From Octopus sinensis (Eukaryota): 64,000 nt of DNA. The notes beneath the pieces were generated by a model. The model saw only the letters and a list, made by a program, of their open reading frames with translations. It did no database searches and had not been told where the DNA came from. The stretch's first letter is position 1; every line of letters starts with the position of its first letter. The stretch spans positions 198,090,001-198,154,000 of the forward strand of contig NC_042998.1 in NCBI RefSeq assembly GCF_006345805.1, read 5' to 3'. Both the position numbers and the translations under genes were made by a program. This document shows, one piece after another, positions 26,203-38,785 of this stretch.

Positions 26203-26360
26203 GACAGGCTTCTTTCAGTTTCCGTCTACCAAATCCACTCACAAGGCTTTGGTCGGCCCAAGGCTATAGTAGAAGACACCTGCCCAAGGTGCCTCACTGT
26301 GGGACTGAACCCAGAACCATGTAGTTAGTAAGCAAGCTCCTTACCACACAGCCACGCCTC
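25905..26360 (-). mobile_element. S1 SINE, full length
   Basis: Identity to other S1 copies. Confidence 0.85.
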
Positions 26361-27714
26361 AGAGCAATTATATATAATTTGTACTATAAAACAAGTATCA
26401 TTAGTTGTACTGCAACCTAACACTAGTCACTACTTGTATATTAACCTAATAATTAGTGTCACCTGTTGTTAGGCTACTCTGCAACTAGTGATGCCTGTTG
26501 TTGTGTTACAGCATAACAAGTGATACCTGCTGTAAGGATTAGAATATCACTAGTGATACCTAGCAACAGTGATAGTACAATATTGTTGGTAACACCTGTA
26601 TAACACCTGTTGTTTTATAATACAAACGATGATAATTGTTCTGCATAAATTTTGAAAATGGTGGGGCGGAATACTCAATGAGTGTCTGTGTTTATATCCA
26701 TGTGTGTTTGTCTTGAAAAGTAGATTATCAGTTCCATATCAATAGTATCAGCTGTTTGTCATCCAATCCTTTGACATAATCCCTCCAGAATCACATCCAT
26801 CTGTAAATCATCCAAGCATTGCCTGTTTTTTTAATTCCCACTGCACCATTAACCTTACAGGTTTTAAACTGAATATGAGCTAGGGCTGGGTGGTGCACAC
26901 ACACACACACACACACACGTGTACTGAGTTTGCATGTGTTGCTTAGTGGTTAGGGTATTCAGCTTACAATCGTAAGATTGCGAGTTCAATTCCTGATATC
27001 CTTGAGCAAGATACTTTATTCCACATTGCTTCAGTCCACTCAGCTGGCAAAAAAAAAATAGAACCTGTATTCCAAAGAGCCAGCTTTGTCACACTCTGTC
27101 ACACCAAATCTCCCTGAAAACTACGTTAAGGGTACACATGTCTGTGGAGTACTCAACCACTTGCACGTTAATTTCATGCGCAGGCTGTTCTGTTGGATCC
27201 AATCAAATGGAATCCTTATTGTTATAACCGATGGAGTGCCAGTTATTGAGATGTGTTGTGCCATGATAAAATACTCTAGTGTTTGGTACGATACAGTGTA
27301 TCCAATACACTCTATAAAGTGGTTGGGCCGTTCAAGAATTTGGACCTGGAGATCTCCATTTCCAGTGACTTCGAGGGCCACCTCCCAGTGGTGTCGGGTG
27401 TCCACGAAGAGCCCTCAACTACAACAAGACGACCAAAGTTTTTTTTTCCCCAAGGTCTGGGGTCTCTCGCCCTAAGCCCTAGACCATCACCTAATCACCC
27501 TTACCCGTCTTGTTGCTTAACAACAGCAACAACAACAATAAAGTGGTTGGTGTTAGGAAACCATTATGGTGCACCTGAGCACTGTATACAATAATTTCAT
27601 TTCATTATTATTATTGTTATTATTTAAAAGTATCCAGCTGTGGAATCTACACTGAAAAATGTAAAGTATAAGCAAGATGTGGTCCACCAATGCATCTAAG
27701 TGAGCAATAACAGT

Positions 27715-28270
27715 GAAGCAGCTTTCACCTGGGGTGGATTGAGCTGGTTTCATTCATCCTCAATGCTGCATCTCTCACAAACGCCGATCAGACCTAGCAA
27801 TTTGAGACTAATGACCATGTGATCTCCAACCACTCCCTATTCCAGCGGCGAATGCTGTAGACATGGGGGCCTAGGTTGGGTTCCAGATCAGCCTTAACTG
27901 TCATCAGCCAGATTTTTTGTTGTCCACCACATCGCTTTCACCAACCCTGAAGGACAGCTGGGGTAATTGCTTCATAGATAAATTCTCCTGGTTGACAACG
28001 GAGGGCATGACCCAGCCAACACAGACGTCTCGTTAGGATTACTTGTCAGAGGGAGGTGATTTTGCACTGGTGTCGCACCGAATTGTAGGAGACAAAGTGA
28101 TGCCATCGGATATGAAGGATGCGGCGTAGACAGAAGTGATCGAAGGGTTCTAGTCGCTTAATATCTTCCACCCTCATCGGCCATGACTTGCTGCCATAAA
28201 GAAGAATCATTTGCACTAGTGCTTGGTAGATCCGTACTTTGGTGGTGTATCGGATCTCAGATCTTGACAA
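27715..28270 (-). mobile_element. RTE LINE 3' fragment
   Basis: KVRIYQALVQMILLYGSKSWPMRVEDIKRLEPFDHFCLRRIL; same family as 59563-59985. Confidence 0.85.
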
Positions 28271-28554
28271 GAGTCATGCATTGAGTCAGTTGAAGGATTG
28301 ACGAGTGAAGAATGGAGTGTGATTAAGAGGACCTATTAAAACTCATGCCAGCATGGAAGGCTGACATGAAGATAAGGACAATGATGTTGATAGATGATAT
28401 GATGGAGCATATTATTACGCTATTACTCCAGTAGCAATAATATATCTCATAAATTTAGTCATTGCCTCAATATTCTCTCATGATAAGTATTTGTATTAAA
28501 ACTTTTTGTCAACAATAGATATTTATACTAAGGAGCTTCAAAATATTCTGTCAA

Positions 28555-28588
<34 letters not shown>

Positions 28589-28704
28589 TTATTTATTTGT
28601 ATTAAAGGAGCTAAACATTCTGACAGATACAGATATTTGTATTCAGGGACCTACAATTTTCTGTCAGATATATATATTTATATTAAGGAGCTTCAATGAT
28701 TACA

Positions 28705-29205
28705 CCATACGGGTATGATCATTGACAGAGCGGCTAACCGGCTACTGTGCCAGGGGCACTTAAAAGGCACCATTCGAGTGTGATCATTACCAGCATCACC
28801 TTACTGGCACTCGAGCCTGTGCTAGTAGGGTATTAAGAGCACCATCTGAGCGTGATCATTGCCAGAGCAGCTAACTGGCTCCGTGCCAGTGGCACGTAAA
28901 AGGGCACCATTCGAGCGTGATCGTTACCAGCATCGCCTTACTGGCACCTGTGCTGGTGGCATGTATAAAAAGATTCAAGCGAGGTAATTGCCAGTACCAC
29001 CTGACTGGCCCCCGTGCCGGTGGCACGTAAAAGCACCCACTACACTCTCGGAGTGGTTGGCATTAGGAAGGGCATCCAGCTGTAGAAACTCTGCCAGATC
29101 AAGATTGGAGCCCGGTGCAGTCGTCTGGTTCGCCAGCCCTCAGTCAAAATCGTCCAACCCATGCTAGCATGGAAAGCAGACATTAAACGATGATGATGAT
29201 GATGA
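28705..29205 (+). mobile_element. S3 element with ~5 subrepeats
   Basis: Identity to the 14575 copy. Confidence 0.85.
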
Positions 29206-29825
29206 AGGGCCCTCATAATATTCTGCCAAATATAGATATTTGTATGAAGTGGGGCTTCAATATTCCATTAGCAACGATGAAGAAAACATTGTTGTTTCAA
29301 AGACGAAATTTTTTTTTATGATTTATTATTGTTTGATGATGAAATCATTTGTTATTGAGAACAAACAGAAGATAAGGTCCAAATATTTTGTAAATTAGAT
29401 AATTTATGAACTGATAAAGATGACCTGACAATATTTCTTGTGATAAATAGACTCTCCATCAGAAGTCAACAGTTGACGCTAAGAAACCCTTATCAGCGAG
29501 AAAAATCTTATCCAATATTTCCCCATCACACCCCAACCAATGCTAACCAACTCCACCACCAGCACCAACACCAACAACCATCCCATCATTCTGTATTTGA
29601 TATTTCTCCCTTTGATAACATTTTTTTAATCATGTTGATAATACTGCTGCTGTGTTTTGGTTCAACGTGTGTTTTTTTTTTAGGGTTTTTTTTGTTTTCC
29701 TAAACTATTGTGATACGTTTTGCAGTTGTTTACAGACAACTTTCAACAGTATTTGGCAGCAACGGTAGAACATTCCAGTAAAATCTAATGTATTTTCACT
29801 TTCTTCTTCACCTCTTTCTTTTTCT

Positions 29826-30480
29826 AATTACTATTATTATTATTATTATTATTGTTATTACTACTATTATTATTATTATTATTACTATTATTATTATTAT
29901 TATTATTATTATTACTACTATTATTATTATTGTTATTATTATTGTTATTCTTCTTATTATTATTATTATTATTCTTATTATTATTGTTATTACTATTATT
30001 ATTACTATTATTATTACTATTATTATTACTATTATTATTATTGTTATTACTATTATTATTACTATTATTATTACTATTATTATTATTGTTATTACTATTA
30101 TTATTACTATTATTATTATTATTACTATTATTATTATTATTATTACTACTACTATTGCTATTATTATTATTATTGTTATTACTATTATTATTATTATTGT
30201 TATTATTATTATTACTATTATTATTATTATTACTACTATTATTATTATTATTATTACTATTATTATTATTATTATTATTACTATTATTATTATTGTTATT
30301 ACTATTATTATTATTATTACTATTATTATTGTTATTACTATTATTATTATTATAATTATTATCATTACTATTATTATTATTATCATTACTATTATTATTA
30401 TCATCATCATCATTATTATTATCATCATTATTAATCACAAATTACCACCACTACCATCATCATCATCATCATTATTATTT
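29826..30480. repeat. (ATT)n/(ACT)-interrupted trinucleotide microsatellite, ~650 bp
   Basis: Direct reading; source of the poly-I/L/N ORFs. Confidence 0.97.
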
Positions 30481-31734
30481 TTATGAATTTCATTTTAGAT
30501 GAACAGGAAATGAAGAACATCAACATCAACAATGTAGAATGAAAAATCCAAATTCCTCCTAATAACAGTTCAACGTATGTTCTGTGATCTGTCAAGAGTT
30601 AAAAGATTAATTTACCGAAATAAAGTTGCTAGCCCCTCCTTAATTAATTAAAACCTGCTGCCATTTTCTTTCTAGATGAAACTCTTGTTTAGACAAACCT
30701 GGTTGCTGTTGTGTAGTCCCACGTTAATCCTGGTAGAGCAGATCCTGATCAAAGGTATTCCAGCCATGACTGTCTCATTTTTTTGCAGCATCTACGACTA
30801 CATTATCTGAAGAATCCTTTTCATTTTTAAAATGGCAAAAAAAGATTTACAGGAAATACGGATTCTATTTAAAGCTGGTAGAGAAAACTTTCAGCCATAT
30901 ATAAATTAGTCATCACTCACTAACGATGTCTCTAAAAATTCACTGGATAAAAGAGCAGTTCAATCCTTAAGACCAGTCATTACATTACTGTCTTAAGTCC
31001 TGGGGTTCGAAAGATTGGTTGTCTAGTTTCAATGGTATTTAAGTGACTGAGACTGCAACATTCTCCCTGCATGAGACCCCACCCTATTGCAGGGTTACAC
31101 ATTTACAGCTGAGTGGACTGGAGCAACATGAAATGAAATGTTTTGCTCAAGAGCCCAATGCACCACCTGGTTCAGGAATTGAAACCATGATCTTGCAATT
31201 ATCAGTATAACACCCTAACCGCTTGGCCATGCACCTTTAAGACCAAAATGGTAATTTAATGTAAATTACATACCTATGAATTTGTCAAATTAAATGTTCA
31301 TTTTTGTTCCAAGTGGATAACAACCTATGGGTGTAGGGCATATGGGCCTCACACCTACAGGCTTTTGTGCACTTGTACTTTACTCCAGGTAAGAAAAATA
31401 TCCTCATTCCTACCCCAGAAACAGAGGCTCCTTCCCTATCATTGCAACTAGCTTAGATAAGCATAAGAAATACATAATCACTGCTCTTTGTGGAATCAAT
31501 TTAGTAGCTCCTTCTTCTTTAGACGAAACTCCTAGCTGCTCCCCATTTAGACACAAACCACCATATTCCCATGATTTAAGGACCACCATGTATCAAGAAT
31601 CTATCTCACATTTATCTATATTGTCTCAGTTTTTTATATAATATGACTCAGTGATTCCATTGTAGTTATACAACAACCTGGGCAAAGATGCTATCACTAA
31701 TACTTTATGACTGTATGGGTAAGGATGTATCAAT

Positions 31735-32160
31735 TTCTTTACTACACATAAGGGGCTAAACACAGAGGGGACAAACAAGGACAGACAAATGGATTAAGTC
31801 GATTACATCGACCCCAGTGCTTAACTGGTACTTATTTAATCGACCCTGAAAGGATGAAAGGCAAAGTCGACCTCGGTGGAATTTGAACTCAGAACATAAC
31901 GGCAGACGAAATACCTGTTTCTTTATTACCCACAAGGGGCTAAACACAGAGGGGACAAACAAGGACAGACACACGGATTAAGTTGATTACATTGACCCCA
32001 GTGCGTAACTGGTACTTAATTCATCGACCCCGAAAGGATGAAAGGCAAAGTCGACCTCAGCGGAATTTAAAGGATGAAAGGCAAAGTCGACCTCAGCGGA
32101 ATTTAAATTCAGCTATGCATTTCGCCTGGCATGCTAACGGTTCTGCCAGCTCGCTGCATT
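31735..32160 (-). mobile_element. S2 SINE dimer with a small internal duplication
   Basis: Junction GACGAAATACCTGTTTC at ~31911; local duplication of AAAGGATGAAAGGCAAAGTCGACCTCAGCGGAATTT. Confidence 0.8.
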
Positions 32161-32862
32161 CTGGGTAAAGATGTATATCTGACATGAATGGGTTTATGAC
32201 TACACAGTTAAAGTACTAGGCATGATTTGGATGGGTTTATTAACTATGTGCAAAAGGACATGTATGAGGTTAGGGTTATAATGATTACAGTGTATATTTT
32301 ACATGAATGGCTTCTCTTACTATTTTCAGGGCAAAGAATCATCATTTAATGTCTGTTTTCCATACTAGCATGGGTTGGACGGTTCGACCAGGGTCTGGAA
32401 GCCAGGAGGCTGCACCAGGCTTTAGTCTGGTTTGGCAGTGTTTCTACAGCTGGATGCCCTCCCTAACGCCAACCACTCCATGTGTGTAGTGGGTGTTTTT
32501 TTTGTGCCACTGGCACAGGGGCCAGAGTAGGCTGGCAAATGGCCACGATCGGTTGGTGCTTTTACGTGTCACCGACACAGATGCCAGTCAGGCGGCACTA
32601 GCATCTTCCACATTTGGACGGTGTTTTTTACATGTTACCAGCACGGGCAAACTATATTGATATGTTGCTTAATGTTACTGTAAATCATAAGGAAGAGAAT
32701 CTAAGCTGAGTTTTTTCATGGTACAATTGTATTTTTTGCTGATGGAGCACTTACATATATCTGTTGGTCAAGATAAGTGTAGAGAGTTGTCGGTCTCTTA
32801 AAATTTGTGCACTACCTCGCCCGCGTCCACCGGGGGCCTAGCGCCTCTGGCTGTCGTGCTCT

Positions 32863-32971
32863 GTAACTATGACTCTCGGTTAAGGATGCCAAATGCCTTG
32901 TCATCTAATTAATGACGTGCATGAACGTATCAACGAGATTTCCACTGTCCCTATCTACAGCCACAGCCAAG
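32863..32971 (+). pseudogene. Diverged 28S (LSU) rRNA fragment spanning the R2/I-PpoI and R1 target sites
   Basis: GTAACTATGACTCTC..TTAAGG..GCCAAATGCCTTGTCATCTAATTAATGACGTGCATGAA..AACGAGATTTCCACTGTCCCTATCTAC..CCACAGCCAAG aligns by eye to the universally conserved eukaryotic LSU segment. The upstream flank is not rDNA. Confidence 0.9.
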
Positions 32972-33334
32972 TGAAGAGAACGACTGGACACGCCCCGGGT
33001 GGCGTCCACGTGGCCGACTACATGTCCCGCCGCTGCCCCAACTTGCTCGAAGAGATCAAGACGAAAAATACCCCGTGCCACTTCGGAGTGATGTGCTTAG
33101 TAGTACAACGGCACGATCCACCCCTTATAATTTCTGGTCAATGTTGGACAGTATAGTACTAAGCTACAAGCTTCAACAATCTTTGGTAATGTGACAAGCA
33201 GGAAAAGTTTCTCCTTTCTTCTTCCTCGAATTCTTATCAAATTTAAGTTTATTATTCAATTTAACATAAATACCTCAACCAAAATGTTCATCTTTCTCTC
33301 CCTCTGAGATATATAACTCCTTTATAATAATCAG

Positions 33335-33655
33335 TGAAGGTGCGTGGCTTAGTGGTTAGGGCATTCGGCTCACGATTGAAAGGTCGTGAGTTCGATTCCT
33401 GGCGACACATTGTGTCCTTGAGCAAGACACTTTATTTCACATTGCTCCAGTCCACTCAGCTGGCAAAAATGAGTTGTATCTGTATTACAAAGGGCCAGCC
33501 TTGTCACACTGTGTCACGCTGAATCTCCCCGAGAACTACGTTAGGGGTACACATGACTGTGGATTGCTCAGTCACTTGCACGTTAATTTCATGAGCAAAC
33601 TGTTCTATTGATCGAATCAGCTGGGACCCTCATCGTTGTAACCGACGGAGTGCTC
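33335..33655 (+). mobile_element. tRNA-head CORE-like SINE
   Basis: A/B boxes TGGCTTAGTGG and GAGTTCGATTCC followed by CCTTGAGCAAGACACTT...TGCTCCAGTCCACTCAGCTG. Second copy at ~26935-27245. Confidence 0.75.
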
Positions 33656-33692
33656 CTATAATAATCAGTGCACTATTTCCAGCTGTATGTAT

Positions 33693-34005
33693 AGTATTGT
33701 GGAGGTGCAATGGCCCAGTGGTTAGGGCAGCGGACACACGGTCGTAGGATCGCGGTTTCGATTCCCAGACCAGGCATTGTGAGTGTTTATTGAGCGAAAA
33801 CACCTAAAAGCTCCACGAGGCTCTGGCAGGGGATGGTGGTGATTCCTGCTGTACTCTTTCTCCCACTCTTTCTTCTGTTGGCCTGCTCGCTTAGCCAGCG
33901 GGGTGGCGTTATTCGAAGGCTAAAACAATGTGAACGCATTGTGACCAGCGATGTGTAACTACATCTGATGGACTGGTCGGTCACGTGATCACGTGATGTA
34001 TAGTA
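33693..34005 (+). mobile_element. S4-head SINE with a different tail
   Basis: Head matches the reverse complement of 8230-8425. Confidence 0.75.
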
Positions 34006-34156
34006 ATACTGCATATTGTTAACAGATTACTAATGTTCCAAAAGACTGAAATTAAGGAGAATGGTTTTGTAAAATTATTTAATGTATGATAATGAAGTTG
34101 ATTAAAGGTAAGGCACAGTAAGGATGTGAAGAGGTGTGTGAGCATATAAGATGGTC

Positions 34157-34629
34157 CAGATCTGGTCATCAAATCTAAGTAGAGATTTGAAAATTAAAAT
34201 ATTCAAAGCCACAGTCGAACCAATTCTACTATATGGCTCAGAAACCTGGACGTTATCAAAGAAGTTTGAGAGGCGGTTGGATGGAACTTACACTCGCCTC
34301 CTTATGAGAACTCGAAATCTCTCGTGGAAGTGTCATCCAACCAAAGTACAAATATATGGCAAATTACCACCTGTGTCATCTCTTGTGAAAGGTAGAAGAC
34401 TCCAGTTTGCTGGACATTGTTGTAGAGCTGAAAACAAGGTAATTTCTACTCTTCTCCACTGGAAGCTATCTGCTCGTGATACCAGAGGGCACACACTCTC
34501 CAACCCTGATGTAATCTCCAGGGATACAGGCATCCAGCAACAGGACTTCCGTAATGCAATGATGGACCGTGAAGTCTGGCGTAAAATAGTAAATTCCATT
34601 GTCTTGAACACGGTCGAACAATGATGATG
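34157..34629 (+). mobile_element. RTE LINE 3' fragment with (GAT)n tail and 11-bp TSD
   Basis: KIKIFKATVEPILLYGSETWTL...RRLQFAGHC. TSD ATAAGATGGTC at 34146-34156 and 34630-34640. Confidence 0.9.
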
Positions 34630-35068
34630 ATAAGATGGTCTTCAGTGGAAGTGATACACAGTTTTGATAGTTTAGAGGGGAAGAGGTAGATTTAGTGGTG
34701 ATAGGAAAACAAGGAGAAGATACACAGCTGCTGTCAGATTTATCTTTCTGTTGTACCCTGAGAAGGGTTAAAAATTCAAATAAAACTATTTTTTAAAAAC
34801 TTAGGCTTCACTATTTCTCAGCGAGTAAGCCATTTAGGAATTGCTGGTGTAAGACTGGGAATATAGCAGGAGGGTGTCTAGGGGGTAATAAGATTTGAAT
34901 GAATTTAGGAGTAAAAGAAAAGTGAAAAGAATCTCAGTTTAATTGGATTAAATAAATGGATTCAGCTGAATTAAAGATTTCAAAGTAAAAACAAACTTTT
35001 AAACTTCCTACTGAAACCTGTCCATTTCTTAACATTAACACTGTAAAACATCTCTATAAAGTAGCAAA

Positions 35069-35353
35069 TGTTTACTTCTGTGCTTCTAGAGTTCATTACT
35101 GTGTTTAGTATTTTGTTTACTGTGTTTATTGTTGTGTTTACTTCCATGTTTATCAATGTGTTTACTTCATTATTTACTTTCGTGTTTCTTCCCATGTTTA
35201 ATACTGTTTACTACTGTGCTTATTACAGTGTTAACTTCCACATTTACTATGATGTTTACCTCTGTGTTTACTATAGTTTCTTTCCATGTTTACAACTTTG
35301 TTTATTTCCATACTTGCTGTTCTGTTTACTTTTATATTCACTTATGCGTTTAC
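35069..35353. repeat. Degenerate 12-bp-period array built on TGTTTAC
   Basis: Nine exact TGTTTAC, three TGTTTAT, one TATTTAC; register 35123/35135/35147/35159/35171. Confidence 0.85.
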
Positions 35354-36180
35354 TCACTCAAGAACATTGGACAAAATAATAGCATTTGATTACATTTCCT
35401 TAAGTTCAGAGTTCAGGTTGCATTTCATTTTTCAAAGACTGATGTAACAAACTACAGTGTTTGGTTTGATATGATTAACTCAACCCTAAAGGTCGACCCC
35501 CAGCATGGTCACAAGCTAATGAATAAAGCAAGTATAAAAAAATGTAAATTTTTTGAACTTTAAATATTTCAATAATGGTTAAGAGATCTCAAAAAACCAT
35601 TACGTTTATATAGAAGGAAGAGAGAACACATAATTGGACAGTAATAATTCTAGCTCTATTAATAACATCTGGTAATGCAATAACTATTAGGGATAAATTG
35701 TGAGCCAGAAAGGAGAGAGATCAAAGACAACAGAAAAGGCCAATAAAGGATGAAAAAAAAATATATATATCATCATCATCGTTTAACGTCCGTTTCCATG
35801 CTAGCATGGGTTGGACGGTTCGACCGGGGTCTGGGAAGCCAGAAGGCTGCACCAGGCTCCAGTCTGATCTGGCAGTGTTTCTACAGCTTGATGTCCTTCC
35901 TAACGCCAACCTCTCCGTGAGTGTAGTGGGTGCTTTTTACGTTCCACCAGCACAGGTGCCAGGGGAGGCTGGCTATGGCCACGATCGGTTGGTGCTTTTT
36001 ACGTACCACTGGCACAGAAGCCAGTCAAGGCGGCGCTGGCATCGGCCATGTTTGGATGGTGCATCTTACGTGCCACCGACACAGGTATCGCACCTACAAT
36101 TTCCGTTTGTTTTTTTTTTATGTTGGTGTACTTGACTCAATAGGTCTCCTCAATATGTGTGTGTGTGTGTGTGTGTGTGT

Positions 36181-36211
<31 letters not shown>

Positions 36212-37987
36212 GCTCATTACTCAACACCATGAACACTGATATATCCCCCATAGAGGTAATAATGTGTATGTGGAGGTGGGGGTGTAGGTGCAGGCATGAC
36301 TGTGTGATAAGAAGTTTGCTTCCCAACCACATGGTTCCAGGTTCAGTCCCACTGTGTGGCATCCTGGGTAGGTGTCTTCTACTATAGTCTTGGGCTGACT
36401 AAAGCCACATGAGTGGATTTGGTAGATAGAAACTGAAAGGAACTCATTGTTTGTATGTATGTATGTTTGTTTGTATTTGTATATATATATATATATATAT
36501 ATGTTTATATATATATACTAGCAGTATAACCCGGCTTTGCCCGGGATTGAGTTATATATATAATATAAATATATATGGGCAACACACACACACACGAACA
36601 CACATTCACACACGTACGTATGTACGTACACCTATTGCATATAATGTTTTTTGCATGCATACATATTCATAAACAGAAATAATAAATGAAATATATAAAT
36701 CAGTATATTATTTATTTATTTTCTTTTTGTATAACCTCTTCAACAGGATTTTTGTTTTTCAGTATGTATATACATTAGTATTACTGAGTCTTCAGAGAAT
36801 TTTGATCGGGCACTATAGTCATGTTGCGTTGGTGTGCAAATGAAAAGGTCAGACAAAGACTCTACCTTGAGCCCAATCACATCAACAGCTGAAAAATCAA
36901 TCATGGCTCATTTAGAGCTTTCACTACTTTTCACAGTAATTATTTATTCCTGCCACTGCCTTATTTGTTATACATTGCATAATGATTGAAATGTCATTTA
37001 AATGGAGACTGACAGAAGGAGGTAGAAGTGGTGGTGGTGGTGGTATGGAAATACCAATGACCTTTGCACATCTTCAATGATTCCGATGTCAATGAGGTCA
37101 ATGATTCAGATGTCAATTTAAACTTCTGTCGAGGAAAATGTGTGAGTGCTGAGTTGTGGGTTCAAGGAGAGCGCTCATTTGTGGCAGAAGGATTTGCTTA
37201 GTATTTAAACCAGCTCTATCCAGCCCAAATAGTCTACCTGTTTTGTGTTCAAGACAGCCAGATTTGGCCTCTCACACCTACCCATCAATGTCATTCTAAA
37301 AGTAAACATTCACCGCATCAAAACCTCGAAGCTATGAGATAATCCATGATTAATCCAAAACAAAGAGAATAAATAAGCAGAACATTTGATAGAGTAATCT
37401 GAAAGCTAAAGGGTTAATGCAGGATAAGTGTTGGGGTAGGGTCACAGTAGGAATAAGAAAGGGATGTGAAGTTATTTAGTCTCATTGAGTCAATCTGCAA
37501 TCAGCAGAATTCCAGCCATGACCATCCCATCTTTCACTAATATGCAAGGAACCAGAATCATATTATCTAAAGAATCCTTAAAAAGAAAAATGGTAGAGTG
37601 CGATCTGAGGGAAATTTGTTTTCTATTTCTAGCAGGTCAAATGACCCCCTATTGGTTCAATAGGTGGTCATTGGCTCAAGGAGATATGAAGTGGTCATGG
37701 GTGGAAGTAGTATGCAGCTTCACAGATCAGAGAAGAAGAGGCAGTTGTAGTAGTGGGAGGAGATACAAGTGAAATGGTAGCTACAGTACATTGATGAGAT
37801 TGTGGTTGTAGTGTAGTGACGAATGAGTCTCTAAAAAAAAAATGGTCATATTTAGGTAAAGTCCACAATGTTTGAAGGCAACAATATCCCAGGGTGTTGA
37901 CTCAGTTATTCCTTTATTGCTTTACTGGATTCAGTCATTGTACTGTGGCCATGCTATAGTATTACCTTTTAGTATTTTAGTTAATTA

Positions 37988-38355
37988 CTAGCACTATGAC
38001 CCGGTGTTGCCAGCTCATAGTGCTAGTGCATGCATATACAGCTGCGTGCGTGCGCACATACACGCGAGTACTGTCCAAATCTCCGACCAATCACATACAG
38101 CTGGCTGGCATTCAATTGGCGTATCAAGTTTCGGGCATTTTGATTGGGTTTTGGATAGAAAATTCACAAAAATGTCACTTCTATTGATTTTTTAATGGTT
38201 TTGCAGGGTGACTGAGGAAATGTAAAGATGTGCACGACCACCCTTGGACGGTTTTGAATGACCATAGAAAGTGCGAGCCCTCAAACTGAAAAATTGTGGA
38301 TTTGTATAAAGGACACACACACAGACAGACATTTTGCCGTTTATATATAGAGAGA
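37988..38355 (-). mobile_element. Non-autonomous Helitron-type element
   Basis: Minus strand begins A|TCTCTCTATATATAAA..GTCTGTCTGTGTG and ends with a GC-rich hairpin remnant plus CTAG|T. Isolated 3' tips at 36518-36546 (CCCGGGCAAAGCCGGG..CTAG) and ~49627-49652. Confidence 0.7.
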
Positions 38356-38384
38356 TAAAAATCGAAATCGATCAACATCAATGG

Positions 38385-38785
38385 AAATTGTAGCTGTGAT
38401 ACCAGTGCTGGTGGCACATAAAAGAACCGTCCGAACGTGGCCGTTGCCAGCGCTGCCCCGACTGGCCTCCGTGCCGGTGGCATGTAAAAAGCACCATCCA
38501 ATCGTGGCCGTTTGCCAGCCTTGTCTGGCCCCCATGCCAGTGGCACGTAAAAAGCACCATCCAATCATGGCCGTTTGCCAGCCTCGTCTGGCACCTGTGC
38601 AGGTGGCACGTAAAAAGCACCCACTACACTCACGGAGTGGTTGGCGTCAGGAAGGGCATCCAGCTGTAGAAACACTGCCAGATCAGACTGGGCCTGGCGC
38701 AGCCTACTGGCTCCCCAGACCCCAGTCGAACCGTCCAACCCATGCTAGCATGGAAAACAGACGTTAAACGATGATGATGATGATA
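38385..38785 (+). mobile_element. S3 element with subrepeats
   Basis: Identity to other S3 copies. Confidence 0.85.

Noticed and set aside
26390-26640. Faint degenerate repeats (TAGTGATACCTG-like; also 24800-25000, 39940-40130, 43850-45100)
   Set aside because: Old decayed minisatellites with no consistent period or conserved motif that I can support.
29788-30486. Long poly-I/L/N, His/Thr, Tyr/Ile and Ser/Leu ORFs (also 3580-4057, 19637-20207, 45674-48437, 57848-59329)
   Set aside because: Translations of microsatellites with no stop in some frames; no splice or codon evidence.
32863-32971. Functional rRNA gene
   Set aside because: Only ~110 nt, with indels at universally conserved positions and no surrounding rDNA unit.
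33693-33770. tRNA gene candidates (also 33335-33405, 8355-8425)
   Set aside because: A/B boxes are present but there is no complete cloverleaf with a paired acceptor stem, and each continues into a SINE body.
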